From positions 14,198,001 to 14,262,000 of the forward strand of contig JAQFVV010000007.1 in NCBI GenBank assembly GCA_028023455.1: a stretch of 64,000 bases of DNA, written 5' to 3'. The notes beneath the pieces are model-generated. The model was not told the DNA's origin, ran no database searches, and worked only from the letters and a program-made list of their open reading frames with translations. Below, piece after piece: positions 11,901-24,740 of this stretch. The DNA comes from Epiperipatus broadwayi. Lineage: Eukaryota; Animalia; Onychophora. Every line of letters starts with the position of its first letter. The stretch's first letter is position 1. The position numbers and the translations under genes were made by a program.

Positions 11901-12689
11901 AAGACAATGACTAATAACATAAACACAAACCCAATTTATAACCTAAAATTACAACAAATTGTACAATGTTAAGCAAAATATGTAAAACGCCTTAATAAAT
12001 ATTTTGAGAAAACTCCCAAGTAATAAAACTATTCGATTATTTATTTTTATTATATATATATATTTGATAAAAGTTTTTTAAAAATGAACAGCTATATATT
12101 TAAAACAAAAACTATTTTGAATTTTTTTTTACTTTTCCATTTTTAAAACTGTAAGGATTTCAAATATAATTAAACAAATAATACAATGGAATTTTTTTTT
12201 TTTTGTAAATATTTTATTGATGAAAGTGACCTTTTAATCTGATATCGCGCAAAAAAGTGATACTTTTTTAATAAACCTCAACACTTTCTCACAGCATGAG
12301 AAACTGAAGAGAAGAGGGCTGACGGAGTTATTTAAGAAAGGAAAATTGTAAATATCAATATTAACATTCTCTTTCTAACATATTCCGGCACATCAATTTC
12401 AAACTCACGTCAGATAAAGTGGGAATGCAAAAAATGCCTGTGGGAGATCACAGTAAAAAACAAATTTCAATTTACCTTTTCCCCAGAATTTTCTTTATGA
12501 AAATTTATAGACATCCTGCAGATTTCCTATTTACTGGCCATCTTCCCGTGTTTCTGTCTACCTGAAAAATAACATAATACCTAGATCAGAATAGAAGTTT
12601 GATTTCCATTTAAAGCTTATGATTTTTCAAAGTATTAATATTTAGACATATTGTAAAAACTTTTGTCTGTGTGCTTATATGTCAGTAAG

Positions 12690-12790
12690 GGCTCTCTGTG
12701 AGTAGAGGAATGGACTCCTGGAGTTTAGATCATGGATTGCGATTCCAGATCTGCTATTTCCTGACCTCGAACTTCTTATGATACCTCCCC
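12690..12790 (+). mobile_element. SINE family Q, degenerate copy
   Basis: gagtttagatcatggattg...ctcgaacttcttatgatacctcc matches the family core. Confidence 0.4.
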
Positions 12791-13703
12791 CCCCCCCAAT
12801 CCCGCCAAGAGATAAACGTTTATTTTTTCTAATGTAACAACTACGCATATTTGAATAAGCGCTGTCTAATATATTCAATTATTGCACTATTTAGCGCATC
12901 GTTAACAACTAAAATAACTTACATAAAAGATATTACACATGTTTGCAATTGAACTCTATTTCATCTAAAACTTTGTAACATTTAATTATTTTTGAGTGTG
13001 TCTATACTCAGTGATTGAAATTATAGATAAACATGGTTATTCCTCATTCACATTTAGTCTCACTTTTGGAGTTTTTTTTATATCTCAAATATATATATCA
13101 GATAAATTCTAAAAAAAAAAAAAAAAAACCTTTCTTTATACAATTAATATATATGAGGATAGAAAATCAAGTTACGAAATAGGAAAGATAATAGATTGGT
13201 AAACGGATGTATTTAACTAAAGTATCACAGCTAAATAGGTAGATGGACAATTAGATAAATGATGATAACAAATGGATGTATAGATAAGTAAATAAAAATG
13301 AGATAAAGTATGTAAGTAGATAAGCAGTTAAGCAGACTAGTGGAAAAGAAGTAGAAGTGAAGCAGATTAATAAAGAATTAGCTTATTAACCCCATTACAT
13401 AAACAAATGGCTTATTGCTTGGGAATTAATAAAAAGTTCGAGCATTGGAAATAACAGAGTGATATAATGTTTTAATGCAAAAAAAATCACTATAGACATT
13501 AATCAGTCATATGTTATTCCTATTATGCTAATAAAACATGATACAAATCCATAGATAGGAAAATAAGGTTAGTTCAATATTTCTGTAGTGTAATTTTCAC
13601 TACACCATTTACATGCAAGGTAAAGGGAGACTGGTTTAACATCTTGTGGAGGGATGTAATTATAAACATATTACCAAAGACATGTAAAAATGATGTATGA
13701 TTC

Positions 13704-13745
13704 CCAAGATATCCATTTTGTGCTGAACCAGCACTCATCAGTTGG
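13704..13745 (-). ncRNA. Type I hammerhead ribozyme motif, G12>A
   Basis: Minus strand: ccaa CTGATGA gtgct-ggttc-agcac AAAA t-ggat-a TC ttgg. Stems I (4 bp), II (5 bp) and III all pair. Confidence 0.72.
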
Positions 13746-14041
13746 TCCAAAGTACAATTTCTTACACATATCTTTATCATTATCCACTACGTATAGATAG
13801 TCAGTTACTGCAGTTTAATTGATGTGTCAAACTTATTGGTGTCACAACTTTAACACAAATCACTTGATGGAAGTATATTAATATTTTTATTAGTATTTCA
13901 TTAGACTAGAGAATAATATTTCTATAGTGTAATTTTTGCTACACTATTCACATGAAAAGATAGAGGGGGATTGGTTTAACACTTTGTAGGTATGTAATTA
14001 TAAACATATCACTGAAGACATGTAAAAAGGATGTATAATCT

Positions 14042-14083
14042 CCAAGATGCACATTTTGTGCTGAATCAGCAGTCATCAGATGA
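14042..14083 (-). ncRNA. Type I hammerhead ribozyme motif, second unit, G12>A
   Basis: Minus strand: tcat CTGATGA ctgct-gattc-agcac AAAA t-gtgc-a TC ttgg. Confidence 0.65.
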
Positions 14084-14559
14084 TCCAGAACACAATCTCT
14101 TACACATATCTTTATCATTATTCGGTACATAGAGATAGTCAATTACTATAGTTTAATTGATGCATTAAACTTATTAATGTCACAACTTTGACACAAATCA
14201 CTAGCTGGAAGTATATTAATAAGATTTATTAGGCTTTCATTAGGCTAGAGATTATAAATTTAATAATAATTCTGTAGAGTAATTTTTACTACACACCATT
14301 CTTGTTCATGCTAGACACTGGGTGTTTACTTTTTGTACACATCATTCTCATGCAAGCTAGACACTGATTTTACTTTTAAATATTTGTGAAGTTGAATAAC
14401 TAATGATAGAAGAAGTAGTAAAGAAGCTAGATATGACAATTGCAATACTAAGCAAAGTTTTAATAAAAATAGAAAGTAATTTATTGCTTTCCTACCACCA
14501 TTGATATTATTTTCAAAAGAAGTCACTTGTTAAATATCTTGTTTGATATATAACTTCAT

Positions 14560-14770
14560 ATGGGGCAGTATTAGATAAAATTAGGGGAGGATGGAACATT
14601 TTAGAGCTGTAAAAAGTGGAAATGATAATTTGGAAGGAAAATCAGAAATGTATAAATATTGAAACAAGTAGAATTGGCTGATGGTTTAAAAAAAGGTTGG
14701 AAGTATTTTAAAAGCAAAGCAAAAGATAAAAAGATTTGATGAGAATGATTTGATATATGAGACAATTGCT
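14560..14770 (+). mobile_element. Decayed RTE-like LINE 3' fragment
   Basis: Purine-rich sequence with remnants of the LEGKxxG...W...W pattern. Confidence 0.35.
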
Positions 14771-15866
14771 AATTGATAGTAATAGTATGTTAATCAAACT
14801 AACCACTTCCATTGCCCTAACTGTAGGTCAGTAGTTACAGTAACATAATAATAACAATATATCATTTAATTCTTTAGCTCACCCATTACATGAATTTTTA
14901 TTTAAGCTTACTATAGTTGTCACAACGGTATAAAGCCACTTTTGCTTTGTGGTGACCTAATAATAATCTCAGTTATAAACTTATTTTAAAAACTTTTAAT
15001 TTTTTGATAATAGTATGGTATTAGGGGTCCAAGTGCACTACTTTTGCTTACAAATAGCTATTTTTTTTACTCAGTTTTAAAAAATTTGATTAATTAATAT
15101 TTATAAAAAAAATATCTTAAATTTATTTAAAGTTATAAAAATTTAACAATATCCAAATTGACAAATAAATATCCCATAAATAACACCAGCATCAAAACAT
15201 ATCTGTGCTGTCTAGAAATCTTTATGCAATGTTTTTAATTGTTGTGGATTTATAAACAAGTAAGTTTTTATTAAATATCTTTTAAAAATGTAATAATTTT
15301 ATTAGATCAAAACATTTACAATGAAACCAAAAATTATGCTATATCAATATATTTCAATTTATGCTGTCCAATATATATATATAAACAAATTTAAAAAAAC
15401 ATTAAAATTAACAGACATTTTAAAATATTCAAGCAGTCCTTTTTTCATTTCCAGGGTCTACACATGATCACATTTAAAAAAGTAAAATTCAATTTGTAAA
15501 TAAATTATAAATTATGCCGGCAGTCATTTTTCTGGCTTGGAGCACCATGCATGATTATGTTCATTAGTAAATATTTTGGTTTACTTAACAGCACTTACAC
15601 TCTATTTTTTTATTGTCCTTTCTGAATGTCATGAGGTGTATTTCACATAATAAAATATTCTTTAAGCATAATGCTAAAAGTTTTACAAAATTTTAGAATA
15701 TTCTTGAAGTTAATAATGTCTTAAAAACATCACAACAATTAGATTACAGTTTTTTGATAATGAGATAAGCCTATAATATTTCTCTAAGAAAAAAAGTTAT
15801 CGAAAAAGAAAAATCACCCAAGCATATTTAATTGCAATGAAGATCAGACATTTTGCTATTTAAAAA

Positions 15867-15986
<120 letters not shown>

Positions 15987-17139
15987 CATCATTATTTTCA
16001 GTGTATGAAAAATGTATGTCACTTCAACATATTAATAATAATAATATTATTATTATTTTAAAAAAATTGTTTATACTATAATTTTCATTTACATATACAT
16101 ACTATTTACATAAAAAAGTAGCTATATTATATATGTGAATGTTGAAAAGCATTGTACACTTGCTATTCAATAACAATATGTATCATTTTCTAATCAATGT
16201 TTTTTAAACAAAACATGAATATTAATGTACTATTTACAAAGTATATAGGGGATGGGGGGGGACTCTTGACACTAATATATTGTATATTTGTAGCTGTACT
16301 GTGTATAAAAAGGCTAATTGAACTTAAATATATTGGTTATCTGATGTCAGTATTAGGTTAACATTATCAGCATCCTTTATAAACAATCTATATTCCAGTT
16401 TATAATGCTTTGGATGAATATGGATGCAATCCACTCTAAATTGTCATTATAGTCTATTGAAAATTTATTTCTATATTTGGCAGTTCAAAAATAATAACAA
16501 TGAGCAAAAGTCACTGTACTTCTTAATTTATTTGGTTTTAAACATCATATTTATTTCAGAGCACATATCTAGAAGTTAAGATTGATAAAACTTTTGTAAA
16601 GTATAGTACAGATATATCATGGTGTTTAATGCATCTAGAAGAACATTTGCTAAATTGTTTATGCATTCAGAAGTGTATAAAAGCAAATATAATTAGAAGC
16701 AATCTGTTTTCTTATCCACAGAGTATATGAAAGTTATTAAAAACAACAATTAAACAAAAATATTTATCAGAAATGTAAGGATAAAAATACACATAAAATT
16801 AATTTATTGCATTTAATTTGTATAATCAAAAGTTCATTTTACTGACAAATAAAATCAAACTTTTAAAAGCTCTTCAATTTAAAATATAACATAAAAATTA
16901 AGTCATTTGAAAACTGATAGCAGTGCCATATACTGATTGTATATATTCATGGTTAAAAAAAGATTATAAAAATATAAAGGCTATAAAAAGTTGTAGCAGG
17001 TCTTACATACATCCAAAAGATACATGTATTATCAGTATGTGCTAAAATGTGGAAAAAATATCAAGCACACCATACTTTTACCTAATAAATTATCACATGA
17101 TCATTATTTTTTATGTTTACACAATTTGTTAAAGCAGTA

Positions 17140-17382
17140 ACAAATTCTCTTGCCAGTAGTGCCATCCAGTGAAAGCTATAAAAATAAATGGATGCTAGAA
17201 GGATTTGTGCATAAAATTCCTATCTACTGCCTAGTCAGTCAATATTCTCACTGATGAAAGTTTCACAAGCTAAAAACAAGTATGATGATATTGGCTCAGT
17301 AGGATTTTATACCCAAACTTTTTAGCAGCCTTTGATTATTATGGCTTGCACTAGGTGGCACTACTGTATGAATAGTTTTCTA
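17140..17382. mobile_element. Family B foldback, older copy with plus-strand hammerhead remnant
   Basis: cagtagtgcc...ggcactactg inverted ends; ctcaCTGATGAaagtttcacaagctaaaaacaagtatg at 17247-17286. Confidence 0.7.
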
Positions 17383-17409
17383 CTATTAAATTACTTAGAA
17401 AAAGTTCAA

Positions 17410-17804
17410 AAGGAAGTAGGAGACATGCATTGAATGCAGATGTATGGACAGTAAAAGAGGCAATTCAAGGAGAAATGGGATGGTCAAGTTTTTATATGAG
17501 AGATGCAAAAAGTAAAATGTAAATGTTTGGTAGATTGCAGTTTATGGATAATAAAAGAATAGCTAAAATAGTATTTAATTGGTTTATGAGTAAAGGTCAG
17601 GTAACAAGATGGGTGAGAAAGGTAATGCGGTATGCAAAAGATTTGGATAAAGAATTTATATCAGTATATTTGTACAAAAGATTGGATGATTGTATTAAGA
17701 GAATTGTTGAGTGTTGTAGTAGTAAGGAATGGGATAAAAGAATAGATTTATTAATAAAGAATAGGGAGTTAGAGAGATGGAGAAATAGTATGGAGAGTAA
17801 AAAG

Positions 17805-17886
<82 letters not shown>

Positions 17887-18365
17887 CAGAACATTAGGTG
17901 TGAGTTAATATATGATAATAGTAAGGAAAGTAGTTTATTATTTAAGGCTCGAACGGGATCTTTAGCTACAAGAGAATATACATGTAAATGGAAAAAAATG
18001 GGTGATTTATTTTGTAAATTATGTAAAGAAGGAATAGAAAATATCAGGCATTTGTTAATTGAATGTAAATACTTGAAAACAGAAAGGGTGCATATAATGA
18101 AGTTATGGAAGAATAAATATGAAAAAAGTGATTTTACAGAAAGTGAATTATTGGTTTTTATGCTGGGTTTGGGAAAAGATAAGGGGGATTTAGATATAAA
18201 GGTTATAGAGTTGACAAAGATTATGTTGTGGAAATGGGATGGAGCAGAATATGGAAAAATTTAGAGTGGGGAATGGAAAATAAAGTGGCTAACAGGTTTA
18301 TCTGGGCATAATTGCTGAGATATTCTTGACTTCATTTCAATACATCACATCACATCACATCACTG
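17410..18365 (+). mobile_element. Second copy of the 4891-5668 LINE 3' end
   Basis: ORFs 17523-17879 and 17998-18264 match ORF 5081-5554; same 3' UTR; (catca)n tail. Confidence 0.9.
17809..17878. repeat. (TA)n microsatellite expanded inside the LINE
   Basis: Perfect TA run where the other copy has aatatatatag. Confidence 0.97.
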
Positions 18366-19759
18366 TTACAATAAAACACTTGATTTTTATTTATTTTTAT
18401 TTGTAATCTAGACATTGTTAAACAAAGAAATGTAAAAATATAAAGATTACAGTCAGAAAAAAATACAAGAGAGCTCATATTTATCCAAGAATTCTTTATA
18501 AATATGTGCTAATATGTAAGACCAAATTTAAAATGCTGCACTTTTGATTTTATTATATTTATATAATAAAGTATATATATTATTTACTTTTAGTCACAAT
18601 CTAGAAATTATTTTACAACTCATAATCATTAACTTCAGAATGTATGATATGTCTTAAGACACAATTTACTATTGAATATCACACATCCTTGTGTGCTACA
18701 TATGTTATAATAATAAATAACCATAAGCTTTTTATATGTAATTTAAATGTAAGTAACTACCTCCTACCAGAGTTGTATAATGTCAAAAACAACAAAAAAG
18801 AGAATGAACTCAAATGATACCACTATCAGATTAAGCTCTGTTGTTATGTAAGCTTAATTACTGATGTACTTTTGAAATTATAGAGTGAATTTTGTCTATT
18901 GTTTTAATTTAGGTATAGACAAAATAATCTGACATCACCATTAATATATATAGAGGATGAATAACTATTGTTGGCTTAAACTATGACTTGACATTAATCA
19001 TGCACAAATATGCAGCTACTTTTGAACTTGAACCTATGCATTTGATATATCTAACAATATTTACAAAAAGTGTTTGTATTTTCAAATCAGCGGTGATTAT
19101 TTATACATGATTGTTATTGCATGAAATTTATTACTATATATGTAATCAGTGGTGTTATGGTGTAACATCAGTGCATGTTCTCATGTGCTGCATAATAGCT
19201 TATTAAAATATTATTGCATTCAGTCCTTGCTAAAGAAACTTGTGTGTAATGCTAAATAGTGAAGTTTTGAAAAAAAAATTAAATATGTATCTTTTTCTGT
19301 AGATCACCAGTCATTTATTTACTGAATGAAGTAACCATATCATGTTCCTAGAAATGCTAAACCATGAGTTATTTTTTTTCTTTTGTAAAAGGCATTGCAG
19401 GTCACCCATATGCCACACCTACAACCTACTGAATCTTTTATCAACTTTTTAGAGATGTATAATTATGTTCAGAATTTTTTACATAGTCTACCTATAATCA
19501 CTTTATCTGCCCAGGCTGATCTGATGGATATGATAATTGATTAAAGGGCTATCCATAAAATAAAATATAATTATACAACTCTACAAATACTGATGAAAGA
19601 GGTGTCATAATTCTATGGGCTCATAATGTTACCTTTTATCTTTCATAAAAACAAAATATTTTTACTTTTAATTTTAATAAACATATTATTTTTAAATTAT
19701 ACATCAATGCAAAAAAATAAACAAGCATAGATGGATCAAAATATTCTTTACAAATAAAA

Positions 19760-19890
19760 GATTAAATAATAATAATTGAACGGTTTCTTGTTTGGGGATT
19801 CATAAAAATTTGAGCATCAGAAGTGATAGAGTTGGACCACAATTCATGAACTTTGAACTCCAGCACTTACCATCCACTTACCATTTCAAA
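19760..19890 (-). mobile_element. SINE family Q copy
   Basis: Minus strand: gtggatgtaagtgctggagttcaaag...tttttatgaatccccaaacaagaaaccgttcaattatt. Confidence 0.6.
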
Positions 19891-20271
19891 TCATACAGAG
19901 CAAAAAAAGTGAATGGTTTTTGTACAGGAGTTTGTAAGCAGTTAAAAACCAAAAGTCATTATCTAGAGACATAATCCATGGAATTTGAGTTCCAGAGTTG
20001 ACCACTTCATTATCAAACAGACGGCAAAAATTAATTGAACACAACCTAACCTATAACCAAATATCAAATGATCAGTCTAATTCCAACTTCAGTTATCTTT
20101 TTTCATGAAAAATATTTAAATTTAACTTCAATTCAAGTGACACAAGAATACTATATAAAAAAATACATTATAGAAATTACAAAAATTAAAGACAATTTAT
20201 ATAAATCAATTTAAAGACTCTAATAAATAGATAATGCGTCAAAATATGGAAACAATTAGTTTCTAAAAAAA

Positions 20272-20279
20272 TCACGTGA
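20272..20279. promoter_or_regulatory. Palindromic E-box (TCACGTGA) in a locally CpG-retaining segment
   Basis: Motif is present and 20.2-21.1 kb keeps more CpGs than its flanks. No associated gene identified. Confidence 0.25.
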
Positions 20280-21289
20280 CATATATTTCTCATCGTCATA
20301 AATTCAGTAGTAATGTTTACAACTTAAGTGATCAAATATACTTATGCATAAATTATATATCACTATTATGTATTTATATCTATGTAGTTTGATGCATTGT
20401 TAGAGTAGCATACTGTTGACCTCAATGTCCATCGGTCGCTGACTTGCGCTGCCCCTTCTAGTGCTCGAGTTATTTATGAATTTACTAATAATAAACTATT
20501 TGATTACTTTAATGTAAAATAATTATATATGATATATATTTTGCTTATTAATTTACATATAAACTGATCTTTGAAATATTATTACTTTTTTTGCAATTAA
20601 ATGTTTTATAATTGATACTCGGTTGTTAGATTAGTCGATCGTATAAGTAGTATTTTCTTTTTCTAATATTATGAACAGTTTTTTTTTTTGTTATTTTTAT
20701 AAAACTAATAAATGAGTCAGTTAATTTTTCTCTTTCTATGAAAAAGCTGTAGGTTTAGTTTGAGTGAATCAACAGAAGTCTTTTGAATAAAATCCACGGG
20801 ATCTGACCGTATCATATTGTATTATGATTTGAAACACAAATTCCAAACTTCGACCTCTGAAAAAAGAAATGATATTTTGAATTACTTATAAAGTCCAACT
20901 ATTTAAGGTTATTTAAATGTTAGTCTAATGTGAATATGTGGCTTGACATGAAGAGAGTGCTTTCAACTACTCTTTTTTGTTGGAAGAGTTGAACTAATAT
21001 TTCACTTCTTTGCATTCTTTTACTTGAATAAAGTGAAGTGTAAAAATGTATTCAAAGCCCATCTGTCGTACTAAAAATACAGTGCCGTATATATACTATA
21101 TTTATTAAAAAATGAAGTTTATTTAAATATAATGTTTTGCTTTTTATATTTTTTAAAATACATATATATAAGTATGGCTTGTAAATACAGCTGTTATAAT
21201 TCTTCTGTTAGTATGCTATACATTCTGTCTATATGATTTTTTCCTAACTAAACAACAGATCATTAATCATTATACTGATCGTTTAAAAT

Positions 21290-21720
21290 CTTCATCATCA
21301 TCACTAACAGACACTTAGAAACAAGTATGACCAACCTACAACCACCCTAAACTGTCTTAGAGAACATTGTTTCATATTTTGTTGTTTATTTAATATTTTA
21401 TAATGGAGATTATTTAATTTCTTCTACAGAAAATTTTTTCTGCAGTAATGTTTAATTGTAGTTCTCCAAAGTATTCTATTCTCTGTCATATCTTCCCAAT
21501 AAAAACAATTATCACTGTACTTCTTTGGAATGTCTTTGAGATATTCCTTGTAGCATAAATGAGGTTTACCTCTGCCACAAAATTCATATTGTGTTTGCTA
21601 TAGTACACATTTTAGCAAGTCTTGTACTATTCATTAGTTTCATATATCAAATCCAATGAATGTGTGATTTTACAATTGTGGATTCTATAGTATCACATCA
21701 AGCGAGATTAAAAACATGTT
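21290..21720 (-). mobile_element. Decayed RTE (BovB-like) 3' fragment
   Basis: Minus strand shows remnants of RLxK, RGKPHLCYKEYLK, WEDMTENRILWR and ends in gatgatgaagat. Confidence 0.6.
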
Positions 21721-21999
21721 CATTGGTCTTACAATTTTGGGTACTGTATTTCTTTTTAATTTTTTGGAGTATCCTTAACTTTTATAATGCATTTATGTTA
21801 TGTTGATAAAATATCTATCTTACAAGTCTATACAAAAATTAGGTAAAACAATATTTTTCTCTATAGGTAATTTAGGTACAATAATTATTTCACTGTTATG
21901 AAATATCTTAAATTTTAATTTCTGGAAAGACCATAGTGGTATATTTGTGCCTGTGTCACATATCAGCATCCAAACCCATTCTGCTAGTCACAATGTTAC

Positions 22000-24000
22000 C
22001 ATGTTATCTAAATTGGCTTACATTTTCAAACTAATAACCACCCAAACTAAAAGATCATATGATCACCCTTCAGTGCCAATCCTGCCCAATAGGATTATGA
22101 TGGCTGTGGTTATTAAAGAAATTTTATGATAAAACTACTATGATATATATTGATAATATGCAATGAAAGAATATTATGGCATGTATAAAGACAGTTGCAA
22201 CTAAAGTACTGAGGAAATTGACAGTAGTACCTAAGAAACCATGGATGACTCAAGAAATATCAAATTAAATTAGGAATGAAGTAAGACTATGATTAATATA
22301 AATTAATTAAAAATTTAATAACAAATTGCAGAATTTGGAAGTCTAAATGGTTTAATATGATAAATGTAAAAATTGAAAGCAACAGAAATGTTGGAAAGTT
22401 TAAACAGGTATACTGAAAAATCAAACAGATAAATTATAAATGGAGAACATTTAGCAATATCGTTAAAAATAAGGAAGGAATGATACTTTTTGAAAACAAG
22501 AAAATATGTAACATTTGAAAACAGTATATTGAAGACTTGTATAAAGGTGAAGAAATAATAAATAAGAGATTATATATAGGGAATAAAAATACAATTGATG
22601 AAAATGAAAAAGAACCTGTAATAAAAAGAGGAAAAATTGATTATGCAATTACTAAAATAATAAAGCATTTGTTGTAGGTGATATTCCAATTGATTTTTTA
22701 AAAATATTTTAGTGATATTAAAAATATTTTTAGATGTAATATTTACTATTCATGATTAATAATAATTTCATCTTAATTTGTGACTATTAAAACTATTGCA
22801 CTTGCAAAAATATATAATTCAAATGATGGCATTAATTGCACAGCAATCATTCTGTTATCTTATGTCTCAAATATTTTACTCATAATAATTAAAAATAAAC
22901 CACAATAGAAGATAGGCAAAAATTTAATGAAGATCAGTCTCGTTTTAAATCTGGGAAAGAAAATAAAAAAAATTTTGCAAAATAGATTAGAAATAAATAG
23001 GAAATCTTGTGTGGCTTTTATTATCATGAAGAAGGTTTTTGACAGAGTTGATCAAAAGTTGTTGTTTAAAATGTTAAAGATTGCAGGATTTGATTGGAAA
23101 GATAGATAGATGGTAAATTTTAAATTTATAAGATATCAAAATACAGAATTAGTTATAAAACTATAACTAACATGTTCATTATCATTCACCTTATTCAATT
23201 TATTTATTAATTAAAAACACAATATGGTTTATAAAAAAAAAATCTAAAAGAGTTAAAATTAACGATAAGCATTACTTCAATTTCAGATTTAGAAAAAGAA
23301 ATGATTAAAATGCTTAAGGTATTGATTGAATATATTTATAGAGTCTTGTAAATTAAAAAATAATGGTGATAGATAGACAAAAGATAAAAAGGCTGATTGA
23401 TGTAAGGATAGGAGTATAGGTTTAGAACAAATAATAACCTTTTATCATGATGGGAAGTGTGATGTATTAATGGAAATGGTTGTTTTGTTGAGATTAGAAG
23501 ATTAATTGTAACAAAATGCATTTTTCAAAATAAAAAATCTTACTATTAATTATCGATATAAAAAATAGAATGCTTTGTAAAAAGTTCGTTTTTAGTATAC
23601 TAACATATGGTTGGAAGACATGGTCCTTGATGAAAAAGAAAAAAAAGATTAAAAGGAATGGAAATGTGGTTTGGGAGAATTTTAATTTGAATAAGTTGGA
23701 TGGAAAGAAGGCTAATGATCAAATATTAAGAAAATATAAAGTGAAAACAGATTTAGAGAATACGATAAAAATTAGAAAGATTATGTGTTTGAAATGTATT
23801 TTAAGACATTATAGGTTTTAAAAAGCGTTATTAGCCGAGAGGTCAGCGCAGCCGCCATGCAAGCAAGCAGTTGATTGCAGACGGTTGCTGCGGGTATGCC
23901 TCCGACCGGTGCTATGACATATGGAAAAAAAAAATATTCTGAAAGGCAAAATTTAAAAAAGAACATTGAGAGGCAATCCAATAATATCTTACTTTAAAAA
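22000..24000 (+). mobile_element. Decayed RTE-clade LINE (end of APE to C-terminus)
   Basis: KKVFDRVDQKLLFKML, FVFSILTYGWKTWSL and ILRH...ILKGKI; interrupted by the SINE at 23825. Confidence 0.75.
23825..23934 (+). mobile_element. Second copy of the short tRNA-derived SINE
   Basis: ccgagaggtcagcg...caagcag...gcgggt...ctatgacatatgg-A10 matches 5927-6028; RTE reading resumes after it. Confidence 0.78.
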
Positions 24001-24639
24001 ATATGATTAGAGACGTCGTGAGTTTTTTTATAAACCGATATGAAACGAATTTCTGAAAATGATGATCATTATTTAGTACCGGTTGAGACTAACCAATGTA
24101 TATATTTGAATATAATGGTAGCTAGACTCTTCTCTGCGCTCGATTGTAATCAACCAAAAATTATTTCCCCTTTTTATAACTATTAGAAAAAAATATATAT
24201 ATTTTTTCATTGTAAAACATAAGAAAAAAAAAGAAGGGGGTAGGGAAATAGATATTCCATAGAAACTTTATTTTCAGAAACTAATTTTACATAATTAAAA
24301 TTCACACTGTTGTACCAAAAGAAATACTATTGTTAAAAATATAATTATTTATATAAAATATTGTATTTATTTGTATATGTTCTCATTAAAAATTTAAATT
24401 TTTTTTCTTAATTAACAGTTAAATAAATTATAATAAAATGTGTATTTAGAAATAAGTTCTTAAGAAAATAATTAATTCTAAAAATATCTTCTACGCATGA
24501 GGTCATAGACATTCAACAAATGTCTGTTTTGTTATTTTTACAATATAAGCAGAACATTTTTTGTACGTCTTTAATTCTTTTTTTTTTTACTTTTAAAAAG
24601 ATATTATATATATGCACTAATGTCTCGCTCAGTAGATGA

Positions 24640-24740
24640 TTTTTTTTTTCATATAATAAAATGATAAATTCTGGTCTTCACGACACTTGAATCACAATTC
24701 CGTGGCCCGAACTTTTTATGAACTCGTCAGTAATATCTCT
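24640..24740 (+). mobile_element. SINE family Q, degenerate copy
   Basis: gaatcacaattccgtggcccgaactttttatgaactc core. Confidence 0.4.

Larger units (their letters stand above)
5690..12009 (+). mobile_element. Near full-length decayed L1/Tx1-type LINE
   Basis: ORF1 and ORF2 remnants in order. Identical 16-bp TSD aaactcccaagtaata at 5674-5689 and 12010-12025; aataaa just before the 3' TSD. Confidence 0.92.
13575..14310 (-). repeat. Tandem repeat, ~339-bp unit x 2.1, one hammerhead per full unit (retrozyme-like)
   Basis: Units start near 13578, 13917 and 14268 and align along their length. The ORF-track paralogues at 13574 and 13948 are the same repeat. Confidence 0.82.

Noticed and set aside
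13574-14142. Two paralogous small ORFs as a peptide gene pair
   Set aside because: They lie in the hammerhead-bearing tandem repeat, differ in frame at their ends, and are better explained as non-coding.
16560-16730. 56-codon open frame after a good acceptor
   Set aside because: No donor or recognisable protein; expected by chance somewhere in 64 kb.
23551-23558. DRE promoter motif TATCGATA
   Set aside because: Lies inside a decayed RTE element; likely chance.
24050-24095. Possible degenerate hammerhead (ctgaaaatg...gttgagactaacc)
   Set aside because: Too many core mismatches and no second copy; the same applies to the 5'-truncated motif at about 63260-63285.
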